Assembly: GCA_963768055.1 (NCBI GenBank)
Contig: CAVYGN010000002.1
Span: 1,792,001 to 1,856,000 of the forward strand
DNA: 64,000 bases
Reading direction: 5' to 3'
Origin: an uncultured Spirochaetota bacterium
GTDB taxonomy: Bacteria > Spirochaetota > Brevinematia > Brevinematales > JAOACQ01
The notes beneath the pieces were generated by a model. That model searched no databases. It saw only the letters and a list, made by a program, of their open reading frames with translations, and was not told the origin of the DNA. Position numbers and translations under genes: made by a program. This document shows positions 40,161-50,594 of this stretch, piece by piece (the stretch's first letter is position 1; each line of letters begins with the position of its first letter).

Positions 40161-41399
40161 ATGGACGCTGATATCATAGTTATCGGAGCAGGCCCGGTTG
40201 GAATGCTCTCGGCCCTCCTTGCCGATAAAGCAGGACTTTCTGTCATCTTACTTGAAAAAAGCTGCGAAAGGCAGCCGAACTCCAGGGCCATCGGGATAAC
40301 ACCGCCTTCGCTTGAGATCCTGCGTAATGTTTCCCTTGACCTTAAATTTGTCGATCTCGGCGTACCGGTAAGCCGTTCGGAGGTAATTGGAGAAATGTTA
40401 TCAATGGGAAGGGCGGATTTCTCATGCTTTAAAAGCGATTACAAATTCATACTGGCGATACCACAAAATATAACCGAATCAGTCCTTGAAGAAGCGCTTA
40501 AAAAAACCGCCAATATCAGATTTTTAAGGGGCCATGAAGCAAAGAGTTTTTCATATGATTCCTCCATTTTAAATGTAAAGGGAGAAACGGCAGCAGGGGA
40601 TTATTTTCAATTTTCATCCAGATTCGCCCTGGCATGCGACGGGGGTAAAAGCGCTTCGAGGGAATCTCTTAAGATCCGTTTTATCGGGTTCCCTTACAAG
40701 GAAACTTTTCTGATGGGGGATTTCGATGACAATTCGGGCTGGAAAGACGAGGCCAGGCTTTACCTTACCTCGAGGGGATCGGTGGAATCCTTTCCCCTCC
40801 CGGGAGAGAGAAGAAGGTATGTATTGAGGACGCCTTATTTCATCAAGGAAAACACATCCGATTTTTTAGAAAAAGAAATCCCTGAAAGGTGCGGGGTCGA
40901 TATTGGGAAAGTTTGCAAATACTGGGAAAGCGCCTTCGGAGTGGGGCGATATCTTGCGGAATATTTCTACAAGGAGAAGGTTTTACTCTGCGGTGATGCG
41001 GCCCATATAATGTCGCCAATAGGAGGGCAAAACATGAACACCGGATTCGCCGACGCGGAACTTGCGGTCTGGCTTATTAAAAAAACGCTTGACGGCGATA
41101 TAACTACCGAAAGATCAGCCGCTCTTTACAACCGTTTCAGAAAAAAAGCCGCGGTAAGCGCAGCCTGGAGGGCCGGTTTTTTAATGAAGGTCGGTACTTC
41201 CGGCGGGATGATTTTTTCTATTGTCCGTTCATTCGGCGGTTATATTATATTTCACAGCCTGTTAAAGAGGGTATTCATACCTATGGCCGGTATGCTTAAT
41301 ATACCTTTCAGAAACCTGAATTCGCCGGACTTTCAGCCGATCCTTAGAGGTAGTCTCCCACGAGTTTTTCGGAGAGGTCCCATAACTTTCTTCCGGTAA
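40161..41399 (+). CDS. FAD-dependent monooxygenase
   Basis: IGAGPVG, ACDGGKS, GDAAHIMSPIGGQNMNTG. Confidence 0.9.
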   Translation: MDADIIVIGAGPVGMLSALLADKAGLSVILLEKSCERQPNSRAIGITPPSLEILRNVSLDLKFVDLGVPVSRSEVIGEMLSMGRADFSCFKSDYKFILAIPQNITESVLEEALKKTANIRFLRGHEAKSFSYDSSILNVKGETAAGDYFQFSSRFALACDGGKSASRESLKIRFIGFPYKETFLMGDFDDNSGWKDEARLYLTSRGSVESFPLPGERRRYVLRTPYFIKENTSDFLEKEIPERCGVDIGKVCKYWESAFGVGRYLAEYFYKEKVLLCGDAAHIMSPIGGQNMNTGFADAELAVWLIKKTLDGDITTERSAALYNRFRKKAAVSAAWRAGFLMKVGTSGGMIFSIVRSFGGYIIFHSLLKRVFIPMAGMLNIPFRNLNSPDFQPILRGSLPRVFRRGPITFFR

Positions 41400-42201
41400 T
41401 CCTATCATTGGAGTTTTCAGCTGTCTTAACCGGTTTTCTTTTATAAAAATATTTTCCGGTAATTTCCTTTACATCGCTTGAATAAGCCAGGTAAACGGAA
41501 GTATCGGCCCCCTGTTCCGGTGCGGTTATGAAAGCTCCAAAAATACGCATCATTGCCCTGAAAATCTGATTTTTTGAATTGAGCCCGAAACCTGTTCTTA
41601 CTACCCCCGGATGCAGGGAATTGGAGTTTATTCCTAAGCCTTTTACACGTTCGGCCAGTTCAACCGAAAAAAGATTGACGCAGATCTTTGAGGCGCTGTA
41701 AGCATAAAAACCCTTATAAGCGCTGACTTCGACCACCTTGCTTAAATCTATTTTTTTAAGAAACCTGTGAGCGTTGGAAGAAACATGTATTATCCTGGAG
41801 GGCGAACTCTTTTTTAAAAGATCGAGAAGGAGGTTTGTCAATAGAAAATGAGACAGATAATTTACGGCGAAAGTTATTTCGATCCCGTCCTTTGAAGACC
41901 TTTCGTCCATAAAAACACCTCCTGCATTATTTATAAGAACGTCAAGCCTGTCAAACCTTTCCCTGAATTCGGCAGCTATGCCTTTAACTTCTTTGAGAGA
42001 AGTAAGATCACCCCTTATCCCCTCGACCTTTTTACTGCCGGTCCTGCCTTTTATCTCATTTACTACTCTATTGATTTTATTCTGGTCTCTTCCATGGATT
42101 ATGACAGTCGCACCCAGCCCTGCGAGAGCTTCTCCTGTGGATTTCCCTATGCCGTTTGTGGCTCCGGTTATTAAAACCACACTTTGCCTGATATCTTCCA
42201 T
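41344..42201 (-). CDS. Short-chain dehydrogenase/reductase
   Basis: TGATNGIG, NNAG, YSASK, LHPG. Confidence 0.9.
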   Translation of the reverse strand: MEDIRQSVVLITGATNGIGKSTGEALAGLGATVIIHGRDQNKINRVVNEIKGRTGSKKVEGIRGDLTSLKEVKGIAAEFRERFDRLDVLINNAGGVFMDERSSKDGIEITFAVNYLSHFLLTNLLLDLLKKSSPSRIIHVSSNAHRFLKKIDLSKVVEVSAYKGFYAYSASKICVNLFSVELAERVKGLGINSNSLHPGVVRTGFGLNSKNQIFRAMMRIFGAFITAPEQGADTSVYLAYSSDVKEITGKYFYKRKPVKTAENSNDRITGRKLWDLSEKLVGDYL

Positions 42202-42322
42202 ATACTCTCCTTATCAGAAAATTTCCCTTAATAATATTAGAATCTATTAATTTTTATCAGCAGCGTCAACAAGTTGCTTTTATTTTCATATAGCTATATA
42301 TTTTTATTAGAGAGAAAAGATT

Positions 42323-43063
42323 ATGTATTTCAGGCTTATTTTAACGGCATTCTTACTCCTTGCCTGCGAAACAATGACGGCGGAGAATTCTTCGCTTATA
42401 TTTCTTAACAGGATACTATCCGGTAATGAACTTAATTTTGATAAAAATATAAAACGTATTTCGGGCGGAAGGTTTCTTCTCGTTGACGATCCTGCCAATT
42501 ATGCCATATATGAGATGCTCGAAAAACATATAAGGGCCTTTCAGAAGGATATAGAAAACCAATCCGATCTCATTTCATATTACAATTACCAGGAAGCGGT
42601 GATGGGGAATATGGTAGATATTCTGCAAAGGATCCGAGAGCTTTTATTGAAAAGGGACGATCCTGTATTAAACGACAGCGACAGAGGCATAATTGACAAC
42701 GAGATAAGTCAGGATTATGACCAGATAATATTCGATTTGAAACAGTCGGAATTCAACGGTAAACATATATTTGAAGAATTGTTCGACAGCGGGGCGGTTA
42801 AAAGCCTTTTTACCGGAAAAGATTATTTCAGGCTTGATAATGTCGACAAACTGATCGACTACTTCATCTACCAGAGAACATTCGCCGGGGCCCGGGCTGG
42901 CAGTCTTTCTCATGAGATATCGGGCGAGAGGACTGCAAAAGAAAATATGACAAAATCCCAGAGTGTTAACGACACTGATATAGCCCGGGAAACATCGGAA
43001 CTTACCCTTGATCATTTAAAAATAATAGTGAATCTTCTTATGCTCCATGAATCAAAAAACTGA
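42323..43063 (+). CDS. Flagellin-like protein with an N-terminal signal peptide
   Basis: RISGG...DDPA...LQRIREL...DRGIIDNE...SEFNG and C-terminal ENMTKSQS.NDTDIARETSEL; hydrophobic leader ending LLLAC. Confidence 0.7.
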   Translation: MYFRLILTAFLLLACETMTAENSSLIFLNRILSGNELNFDKNIKRISGGRFLLVDDPANYAIYEMLEKHIRAFQKDIENQSDLISYYNYQEAVMGNMVDILQRIRELLLKRDDPVLNDSDRGIIDNEISQDYDQIIFDLKQSEFNGKHIFEELFDSGAVKSLFTGKDYFRLDNVDKLIDYFIYQRTFAGARAGSLSHEISGERTAKENMTKSQSVNDTDIARETSELTLDHLKIIVNLLMLHESKN

Positions 43064-43084
43064 TATTTGTCGGATTTAATGTTT

Positions 43085-44584
43085 TCATCCCAGAGCCGCT
43101 TTCTTTATCTGCTCCTCATAATAATTATTCAGGGTTTTTTCCATTGCGAACAGGTCCTGTTTTGTCTTAATTTTATATTTTTTTAAAATATCTTTTTCGA
43201 TGAGAGAAAAATAAATAGTCTGGTCCCTGACATGGGCCAGAATATTGGCTAAATAAACGATATGCACAAGGTCACTGGTCTCATCCGGAGATAAAAGGGG
43301 CTGATGATGGCAGTTAATAACATCCACGATATTGTCGGGGAAATTCCAATGCCTGGCTATATCGGCGCCGATCCTTGCGTGGGATAGTCCCATCGAAAGC
43401 CTCTCGATCATACTACAGTTGATGCCTTTATCGATGCAATGATTGCTTATTTTATCCATCAGGATAGGGTAGGCTGTTACAGCTATGATCTTTCCCATAT
43501 CATGGAGAATCCCGCCGATATAAGCGTCATCCTGAAGATCGGTTCTTTTCATGTCATTGGCAAGGTGAAATGCATAAGAAGCCACGCGGTACGAATGCTG
43601 CCAGATTTCGTCCATTTTGCCGAATTTCTGGGATAATATATTCTGCGTCCCGTAAGAATAAAGCAGACTTTTAAGGCCCTTGACGCCGATAAGGGATATC
43701 GCGTTGGTTATATTGCTGACCTTCTGGGGGAGCATATACTGGGCTGAATTTACGATCCTGAGAAGCTCGGCTGTGAGCGTAAGATCGCTATGGATGACCG
43801 ATGCAACCTTTGTGAACGCAACATCCCTGTCGGAGAGCATGCGTTCAAGCTCCTGAATTTTTTCCGGAAATATGGGGAGTTTGTTAATTTCAGCCAATAT
43901 CAAATCTGAAATATAATTGACCTGCATTTCTGTGACAGTATCAAGGTAAATATCGACGGAGACAACCGTTTCATTGTTTTTATCGTCTTTAACAACTTTA
44001 TAAAAACTTTCATCCAGCCCTATGCTTCTGAGCATGAGCATCGACGATATGAGGCCGAGGCCTGTTCCTTCCGTAACGTCGGTAAGCTTCTGATAAGCTT
44101 CGGCTATATCCCTGGTCTTTTTGGATTCATCGATCATATTCCTGATCCTTTCCATTTCCTGTTTTGTCGGTAAATTGCTGTTTTTAACAGTTATATTCAG
44201 GACATTGTTTTTCAATAAAAAAACCACTTTAGAATAAAGCGAATATTTTCCGAAATCGCGCTGGAGGACCTCAAGCTTGTCATGCAAATCCTTCGCAAAG
44301 GTTTCCATACCTTTCCGGTAATTTTCCGGATCGTCTATATTCAGGCTCAAAAACTTGAAATATACACGTTTTAAATTCGATTTATTTGCATTTGTAACGA
44401 ATTCCCGGAGAAAATAAGAGGTCTCATCCATAAGGTTTTCTTTATTTATGCAATGTAAAATATATGCCAGGGCTTCCATGATAAATTCCGATTGTTCATG
44501 GGTAACAAAATCGAACTTATACTCTATGGGATCGCCCCGGGTTATCGATTCGGATATTGAATCCAGATAATTAGCTATATCCAT
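43085..44584 (-). CDS. HDOD-domain protein with N-terminal HATPase-like region
   Basis: LTAELLRIVNS, WQHS, ILHDMGK, HARIG..IARHWNFP; N-terminal EFVTNA and GTGLGL. Confidence 0.8.
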   Translation of the reverse strand: MDIANYLDSISESITRGDPIEYKFDFVTHEQSEFIMEALAYILHCINKENLMDETSYFLREFVTNANKSNLKRVYFKFLSLNIDDPENYRKGMETFAKDLHDKLEVLQRDFGKYSLYSKVVFLLKNNVLNITVKNSNLPTKQEMERIRNMIDESKKTRDIAEAYQKLTDVTEGTGLGLISSMLMLRSIGLDESFYKVVKDDKNNETVVSVDIYLDTVTEMQVNYISDLILAEINKLPIFPEKIQELERMLSDRDVAFTKVASVIHSDLTLTAELLRIVNSAQYMLPQKVSNITNAISLIGVKGLKSLLYSYGTQNILSQKFGKMDEIWQHSYRVASYAFHLANDMKRTDLQDDAYIGGILHDMGKIIAVTAYPILMDKISNHCIDKGINCSMIERLSMGLSHARIGADIARHWNFPDNIVDVINCHHQPLLSPDETSDLVHIVYLANILAHVRDQTIYFSLIEKDILKKYKIKTKQDLFAMEKTLNNYYEEQIKKAALG

Positions 44585-44624
44585 ATGACCTCTTTATGCA
44601 GTTATTATTTTCGGCCGGGAAATT

Positions 44625-45191
44625 TTATAACATAACAGAGCTACCGCTCCTTCTATAAAGCTCATCTTTTAAAATACCGATATAGGGCAGATTACGGTAA
44701 TTTTCAGCAAAATCCAAGCCATACCCTACGACAAAAACATCCGGTATCTCAAACCCGTTATAATCGGGCTGAATGGAAATTTTCCGTTTCATCGGTTTAT
44801 CAAGAAGGGTGCATATTTTTAACGATTTCGGACGTCTGGCCTTTAAATTTTCAAGAAGAAAATGAAGGGTAAGGCCTGTATCTACGATATCCTCGATGAT
44901 AAGCACATGCTCCCCTTCGATATCGAGGTCGAGGTCCTTTTGTATTCTGACAGTTCCTATCGATTCCGTAGAGGGACCGTAACTTGATACGGCTATAAGG
45001 TCATATTTAAGCTTTAGGCGGACCGTTCTCATAAGGTCGGCCATAAATGTCAGGGCGCCCTTGAGGATCCCTACAAGTACAGGGTTCCTGCCTTTATAAT
45101 CCTCCGTGATTTCGTTACCGATTTCAAATACCCTTTTCCGGATCAAATCTTCAGGCAGAATAATTTTTTCAAGATCGGATATCATTTCCAT
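44625..45191 (-). CDS. hpt: Hypoxanthine phosphoribosyltransferase
   Basis: GILKGA, VLIIEDIVDTGLT, FVVGYGLD..ENYRNLP. Confidence 0.95.
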   Translation of the reverse strand: MEMISDLEKIILPEDLIRKRVFEIGNEITEDYKGRNPVLVGILKGALTFMADLMRTVRLKLKYDLIAVSSYGPSTESIGTVRIQKDLDLDIEGEHVLIIEDIVDTGLTLHFLLENLKARRPKSLKICTLLDKPMKRKISIQPDYNGFEIPDVFVVGYGLDFAENYRNLPYIGILKDELYRRSGSSVML

Positions 45192-45203
45192 CTCCTGAAA
45201 ATC

Positions 45204-45905
45204 TTATTTTAAGGATTCATCGCCGTCAGTAAACTGACAGTAGATATGGTTCCCGTTGCAGAAGGGTTTATTGTCGGATTTACCGCACCTGCAAAGCGTA
45301 ACACGGTTTCTTGCCTCGTATGGAATACCGCCACGGGATTCGATTTTCACATATCCCTTGACCCATATAGGACCGCTCACGTGATGCACCGGATCTTCAA
45401 CAAGGCTTATCGAAGGGGTGAAATCCGGTTCATAAGGCGTCCCTTTTATTTTGTCCCAGGCAACCAGCCTGCCTGAAGGGCAATCGCAGGCTTCCTGAAT
45501 GGCCATATCACGGGATTTTTTATCCTCCGAACGCTCGGTAAGGTTCCATGTGTCTCCGTCCCTGTGACAGAACAGGGCGATTGCGCAAAGTTTTTCGTCG
45601 TCCGTTAATACCAGTCCGGGTCCCGTGTATTTATCCGCGGTTTCCAAATACGGTTTTCTTAACGCTGTTTCATTCCCGTCAAAACCAGCTTTATTATGTT
45701 CGCCATCGCAGAAAGGCATTTTTTTTGAGGCACCGCAGCGGCAGAGGGAATAATTTTCCTTTAATGGAAATGATTCGCCTTTTTTCCAGCTAACAGGTAT
45801 TCCTTCGGCATCGGGCACTATGATTTCCTTTTCAAGCGGCAGTCCCCCTGAAATTATATATGGACCGTTTTTACTGATTAAAACCTTTGCCTCACTCTTT
45901 TCCAT
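45204..45905 (-). CDS. CDGSH iron-sulfur domain protein (two CDGSH motifs plus a central ferredoxin-like part)
   Basis: LCRCGASKKMPFCDGEH, CPSG, LCRCGKSDNKPFCNGNH. Confidence 0.9.
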   Translation of the reverse strand: MEKSEAKVLISKNGPYIISGGLPLEKEIIVPDAEGIPVSWKKGESFPLKENYSLCRCGASKKMPFCDGEHNKAGFDGNETALRKPYLETADKYTGPGLVLTDDEKLCAIALFCHRDGDTWNLTERSEDKKSRDMAIQEACDCPSGRLVAWDKIKGTPYEPDFTPSISLVEDPVHHVSGPIWVKGYVKIESRGGIPYEARNRVTLCRCGKSDNKPFCNGNHIYCQFTDGDESLK

Positions 45906-45927
45906 ACAATTTCCTTACCATAGTCAA

Positions 45928-46395
45928 TTAGTCCTGTGTTTTATGACCCGAAATGGTGAAATTACCGCAGGAATTTTTTGCAGGGTCGTAAACCATGCTC
46001 CAGGAATAAAAATCCGTGTCATCGGTCAATACCTGTTCCGTTTTCCATTGTTTAACATTCATCCGTCTGTCAAAAAAGTTGCAAAAGATCTTTCTGGCTC
46101 CGGCATTTATTATTCCTGCGAATTGAACGCGGAAAAGTCCCCGGTTTACAAGTATGAAATTCATTTCGGGATGATTGTTTAAAGACTGGGCGACATATTT
46201 GAAAGCTGCATTCAAGGCTAATGCAGCCTCATTGTAGCCGGGTATCCATATATCGTCGTATTTTTCGTAAATATGGTTTTTATCTTTCAGAATTGCCCAA
46301 TCTTTCGGTTCAATGGGATATGACGAGGCGTAAACACTCCTGATTATACATAATATAAGAGCGGGCGCTAATAAAAGACCCGGCATAAACCTCAC
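45928..46395 (-). CDS. Hypothetical exported protein
   Basis: Signal-like N-terminus; GTG start overlaps the stop of the upstream gene. Confidence 0.6.
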   Translation of the reverse strand: MRFMPGLLLAPALILCIIRSVYASSYPIEPKDWAILKDKNHIYEKYDDIWIPGYNEAALALNAAFKYVAQSLNNHPEMNFILVNRGLFRVQFAGIINAGARKIFCNFFDRRMNVKQWKTEQVLTDDTDFYSWSMVYDPAKNSCGNFTISGHKTQD

Positions 46396-47687
46396 AAGGG
46401 CGCCTGCCAGTTTTTCATACCGCCGAACACATCAAGGAGTATATCAGCGCAGGCATCCAGTTGTTTTTTTGTATGATAGGAGGAGATTGATAATCTCAGC
46501 CGCGTCCGCTTATTTGAAACGGCCGGATAGGTGACCATACCCGTGAACAGTCCTTTTTCCATAACTCTCTTACTTATCTCGCGCAGGCGTAAATCGCTGC
46601 CTGCTATGACCGGTATGACCTGGGATTTGGTATCGCCGATATCCAGGCCGCAGTCTTTAAGTTTTTTATGCATGTACCTGGTATTTTTCCAGAGCTTGTC
46701 TTTTTCGGATTTATCTTTGGTGAAAATTTCAAGGACCTTCAGTATGCCTGCGGCTGTATGGGGGGCCATCGCGCAGGAAAAAACATAAGAGCGGGCCAGC
46801 ATCCGCATATAATTGATCAGCTTGCGGTCGGCCGCGGCGAAACCACCGATAGCTCCGAACGACTTGCTGAAAGTACCGACCGTTATATCGATTTCATCCT
46901 CTACTCCGAAATGCTCGGCTACTCCCCTGCCGTTTTCCCCGAAAATAAGAGTAGCATGGGCCTCGTCGAGCAGGATCTTCGCCCCATACTTTTTACAAAC
47001 CTTGACGAGCTCAGGAAGGTCGGCCAGGTCACCGTCCATGCTGTAAACGCTTTCGAGGCAGACAATGACCCTCTTTTTCCCCAATCCTCTGAGTACCTTG
47101 TCGAGGTGTTTGGCGTTGTTATGGCTGAAAACCTTGATATCCGCTCCGGCGAGCTTCGCACCGTCATAGCTGGAAGCATGGGATAAAATATCCAGCACTG
47201 CCACGTCCCCGGTCTTTAAAAGGCATGAGAGGACCCCAAGGTTAGAGGCATAACCGGTCGGGAAAATCATGACATCTTCTTTCTTTTTAAACGCAGCGAC
47301 GGCTTCCTCGAGCTTCCTGGTTATATCGTAATAACCGCTGAACAGGGGTGCTGAAACTGCTCCAGTACCGTATTTTGCCACAGCATTTTGAACTTCCTTG
47401 ATCACTTCCGGATGATAAGAATATCCCAGGTAATTATAGGCGCAAAAATTAAGAAATTTCCTCACCGAGTTTGTGTTTCTGTCAAAGACGTCGAATTCCG
47501 CTATCGGGGCGGACATAATAGGGCTTTGATACGGGAAGTATTTTTTATCCTTCGCGTCTTTAACCATTTCCCAGAAATAATCTTTAACGGCGAAAAGATC
47601 GTCGCTTTCAAACTCTGCGAAATCAGCCAATGAATAATTATTTGAATCAAGGTTCCTGATATCCATGTCTTTAGTGCCTAAACCCAT
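46392..47687 (-). CDS. PLP-dependent alpha-oxoamine synthase (serine palmitoyltransferase / AONS family)
   Basis: YNYLG, GYASNLG, SHAS, SMDGD, DEAH, GTFSKS. Confidence 0.85.
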   Translation of the reverse strand: MGLGTKDMDIRNLDSNNYSLADFAEFESDDLFAVKDYFWEMVKDAKDKKYFPYQSPIMSAPIAEFDVFDRNTNSVRKFLNFCAYNYLGYSYHPEVIKEVQNAVAKYGTGAVSAPLFSGYYDITRKLEEAVAAFKKKEDVMIFPTGYASNLGVLSCLLKTGDVAVLDILSHASSYDGAKLAGADIKVFSHNNAKHLDKVLRGLGKKRVIVCLESVYSMDGDLADLPELVKVCKKYGAKILLDEAHATLIFGENGRGVAEHFGVEDEIDITVGTFSKSFGAIGGFAAADRKLINYMRMLARSYVFSCAMAPHTAAGILKVLEIFTKDKSEKDKLWKNTRYMHKKLKDCGLDIGDTKSQVIPVIAGSDLRLREISKRVMEKGLFTGMVTYPAVSNKRTRLRLSISSYHTKKQLDACADILLDVFGGMKNWQAPL

Positions 47688-47840
47688 GACTAACCCTCCA
47701 AAAAAAAGATAATACGTTTGCTAATGACGCCGGATATTCCGGCATCCGCAAGGCGGTAGTCCTGAAAAACCCTTCTATTTTAACATATTTTGAGGGAAAT
47801 TGAAAGCTTATCTAAAATATTCAATCAGAACGGATTCTCA

Positions 47841-49103
47841 CTATGCATAAGATTGTTGGAGGCATTGGTTGCCATTTTCCTGGGCCCAGCAAATCCCGTC
47901 AAGGGATGCTGCGTTGTATTTATCCATGGATATATTCATCTCATTTAATATAGAGGCGACAGCGGAAAAATTATTCTCCTCGCTATTCTCAACAAGAAGA
48001 AGGAGCCTTCCGAGGATGTTTTTATGCTCGAGCAGGGCTTCGTTAATGTTCTGGCTTAAATTAAGTTCGGAAAGGATCTCTTTCAGGGGCATCTTGAACA
48101 GCGGTTCCATGAGAGAGAGCAAGCCTACCAGGTATGCTTCATCGACCATCGATTTGCCGATATCGGTCTTTGAATTTTTTAATAAGAGTTCCATCGTCTT
48201 CGCCCTTTCAATGGCGGCGAATAACAGGGGATTGCCGTTCGATTTCTCTTTCATGTACGCGTATTCCATAAGGATAAGCCAGTTTAATAGTTGCCTGTGT
48301 CCGAGCAGAGCTATGGCCTGCCTTATAGACTCGATCTTGTGCCTGCTTCCTATGGCCGCCGAATTGATGAATTGCAGAAGATTAATCGTCATTTCAGGCC
48401 ATTTTTTAAATGATCTTTCCAGGTCTTCAATATCCGAGTCCTTATAGATAAGGCTGATCAATTCCATTATGGCAAGTTTCCGTGGATCGACGCCCCTGCC
48501 CTTTATTATCGTAGGCCTGGCGAAGAAATAACCCTGAAAGAGGGTAAAACCCAGGTCCTTATAATAGAAAAATTCCTCCATATCCTCGATCTTTTCGGCG
48601 AGGCATTCGACAGGATAAGATTTAAACATCCTGAACTTTGAAGCGATCAATTCCTTCGAATTCTGCCTGACATCGACTTTTATATAAGCCACCTTTCCGA
48701 AAAGGGGTTCGAAGCGTTTTATAATATCCTCATTGAATACGAAATCGTCGAGAGCAAAAACGAACCCTTCCTGCTTCATGTTATCTATCATTTCAAGGAG
48801 TACCGGGTCTATCCTGGTAGTTTCAAGTATCTCGAGGACAAAACGGTCTTTCTGCAGAGTTTTCAGAAGGTCTCTTTTTATTATTTCATCGTTTATATTA
48901 ATAAATGCGAGCTTGTCTCCCATGAGCTTGGAGAAACTGATATTGTTCAAGGTATTTACAATAACCGTAGCTGTAGCCACAAGATCATCCGTGACCTTTG
49001 CAAAATTATTTTCATCCTTCCTGAAGAGTAACTCGAAACCGACGATATTCTGCGCACAGTCCAAAATTGGCTGTCTGCCCAATAATATATTGCCAGCGTT
49101 CAT
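47841..49103 (-). CDS. EAL-HDOD (YuxH-like) signalling protein
   Basis: RQPI...FELLFR, ALDDF, AEKIE, FQGYFF; C-terminal HDOD. Confidence 0.85.
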   Translation of the reverse strand: MNAGNILLGRQPILDCAQNIVGFELLFRKDENNFAKVTDDLVATATVIVNTLNNISFSKLMGDKLAFININDEIIKRDLLKTLQKDRFVLEILETTRIDPVLLEMIDNMKQEGFVFALDDFVFNEDIIKRFEPLFGKVAYIKVDVRQNSKELIASKFRMFKSYPVECLAEKIEDMEEFFYYKDLGFTLFQGYFFARPTIIKGRGVDPRKLAIMELISLIYKDSDIEDLERSFKKWPEMTINLLQFINSAAIGSRHKIESIRQAIALLGHRQLLNWLILMEYAYMKEKSNGNPLLFAAIERAKTMELLLKNSKTDIGKSMVDEAYLVGLLSLMEPLFKMPLKEILSELNLSQNINEALLEHKNILGRLLLLVENSEENNFSAVASILNEMNISMDKYNAASLDGICWAQENGNQCLQQSYA

Positions 49104-49349
49104 AAGAAAGTAACCCGCCTCTTTTCAAGACTATTCTTGAATAGCAACAGAAATACATCAAAATCAACTCAACTAAATATAATTTAAGATATTAAAAATG
49201 GCAATAAAAGAGGGGAATAGAGATATGTTTATTCTTCACTTTAACTGAACTTATGCTGATTTGCAGTATTTTCCCTGTAATTTGTTTTTTTAATTATTAG
49301 TTTTTATAATGAGAGTTGGTCATTAGGAGCCTTTTTATATTTATAAGAC

Positions 49350-49421
49350 GGGGATGTAGCTCAGCGGGAGAGCATTGCGTTCGCAACGCAGGGGCCGGGG
49401 GTTCAAATCCCCTCATCTCCA
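49350..49421 (+). tRNA. tRNA-Ala (anticodon CGC), CCA not encoded
   Basis: GGGGATG/CATCTCC acceptor stem with G3:U70, anticodon loop TTCGCAA, GGTTCAAATCC T-arm. Confidence 0.95.
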
Positions 49422-49532
49422 GAGTTACTTTTCAGTAATTCCTTTCATTACAATCGGTTGTAAAATCGCAGGATTCGCTGTGTACATTTTGTGTACAATT
49501 TGTAACCACTCAATTCGTATTGGGAGGTTACC

Positions 49533-50594
49533 ATGGGGCTCATTAAAAGATCGAACGGAATATATTATGTTCGAATCAAGAGAAGCGGAATCCTGACAAT
49601 GTTCAGCCTGAGAACCAGAAACAACCATCTGGCAAACGATCTGTATCAAGCATATCTGGTTCAACAATTGAGATCAAATATCGCTCCTTCGGCTTTTAAA
49701 AAAGTAAAAGCAGCTGGCTCACGACAGGAAAAAAAGAAAGATACTCCTTATACAAATCAGTTAAAACATACGTTTGAATCCATTTGGAACGAATATTTCC
49801 AGGCAAAGATGGCAAGTAAACTCTCCAAATCGCAGTTGGGTATAAAAAAACAAGTTTTTCGTCATTTGAAGGAATTTAAACTTTACAAGGTAGAAGGGAT
49901 AAACCAAGCTTTTCTAAATCAACTTTTCATATCATATAGAAGCAAATATACTGAAGACACAATCCGAAAATTCGTCGCGGAATTAAAATGCTTCCTGAAT
50001 TATTGCATCAAAAACGATGTATTTTCAGACAGGGAATATCACAAACTTACTTTTCCTAAAGTAATCACAAAGGTGAGAGACACATTGATTAAAAGGGATG
50101 ACATAGAGAAGATCCTTGAATACCTTAGACAAAATGATGAAGATTTCTATACTTATTTTTTAAATCTTTTAAACCTTTACGGCCGACCAAATGAAATTCC
50201 AGGTCTTCAGAAAAAGAATTTCAACTTCAATGAAAAGCTTTGTAAAGTGTATATGAATAAAACCCGGAAAGAGAAAACAGTTGTTTTGACGGACCAGAAC
50301 TTTATAAACTATATGAGGCAAATGACTGATTGTCTAAACGATGATGATTATATACTTAAAGGCCATAACCAGGGGCCAAGTTACTATCCAAATAAATTCA
50401 GGCGGCTTAAAGAAAAACTCAACTTGAATAGGAACTACTTCTTGTACAGTGTAAGGCACACTGTTTCAAGTTTATTATATGAAAAAACAAAGGATATAAA
50501 GTTTCTTACAAACCAGTTGGGAAATGAAGAGAAAATTCTTATTAAACACTACATTAACACCAATCTTGAGGATTTTAAAAAATATTTAGTTTGA
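49533..50594 (+). CDS. Tyrosine recombinase/integrase 1
   Basis: GRPNEI, NKT, YSVRH, QLGN, KHY; adjacent to the tRNA. Confidence 0.85.
   Translation: MGLIKRSNGIYYVRIKRSGILTMFSLRTRNNHLANDLYQAYLVQQLRSNIAPSAFKKVKAAGSRQEKKKDTPYTNQLKHTFESIWNEYFQAKMASKLSKSQLGIKKQVFRHLKEFKLYKVEGINQAFLNQLFISYRSKYTEDTIRKFVAELKCFLNYCIKNDVFSDREYHKLTFPKVITKVRDTLIKRDDIEKILEYLRQNDEDFYTYFLNLLNLYGRPNEIPGLQKKNFNFNEKLCKVYMNKTRKEKTVVLTDQNFINYMRQMTDCLNDDDYILKGHNQGPSYYPNKFRRLKEKLNLNRNYFLYSVRHTVSSLLYEKTKDIKFLTNQLGNEEKILIKHYINTNLEDFKKYLV

Noticed and set aside
13248..41399. Methyltransferase (13248) and FAD monooxygenase (40161) resemble genes seen with type III PKS clusters
   Set aside because: They are 26 kb apart and no PKS gene is in the window
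41..49113. Many short ORFs antisense to or overlapping clear genes (e.g. 57-413, 14462-14941, 36825-37343, 47869-48447)
   Set aside because: Shadow ORFs of well-supported genes, with no motifs or RBS
49375..49667. ORFs 49375-49596 and 49425-49667
   Set aside because: They overlap the tRNA and integrase 1; spurious
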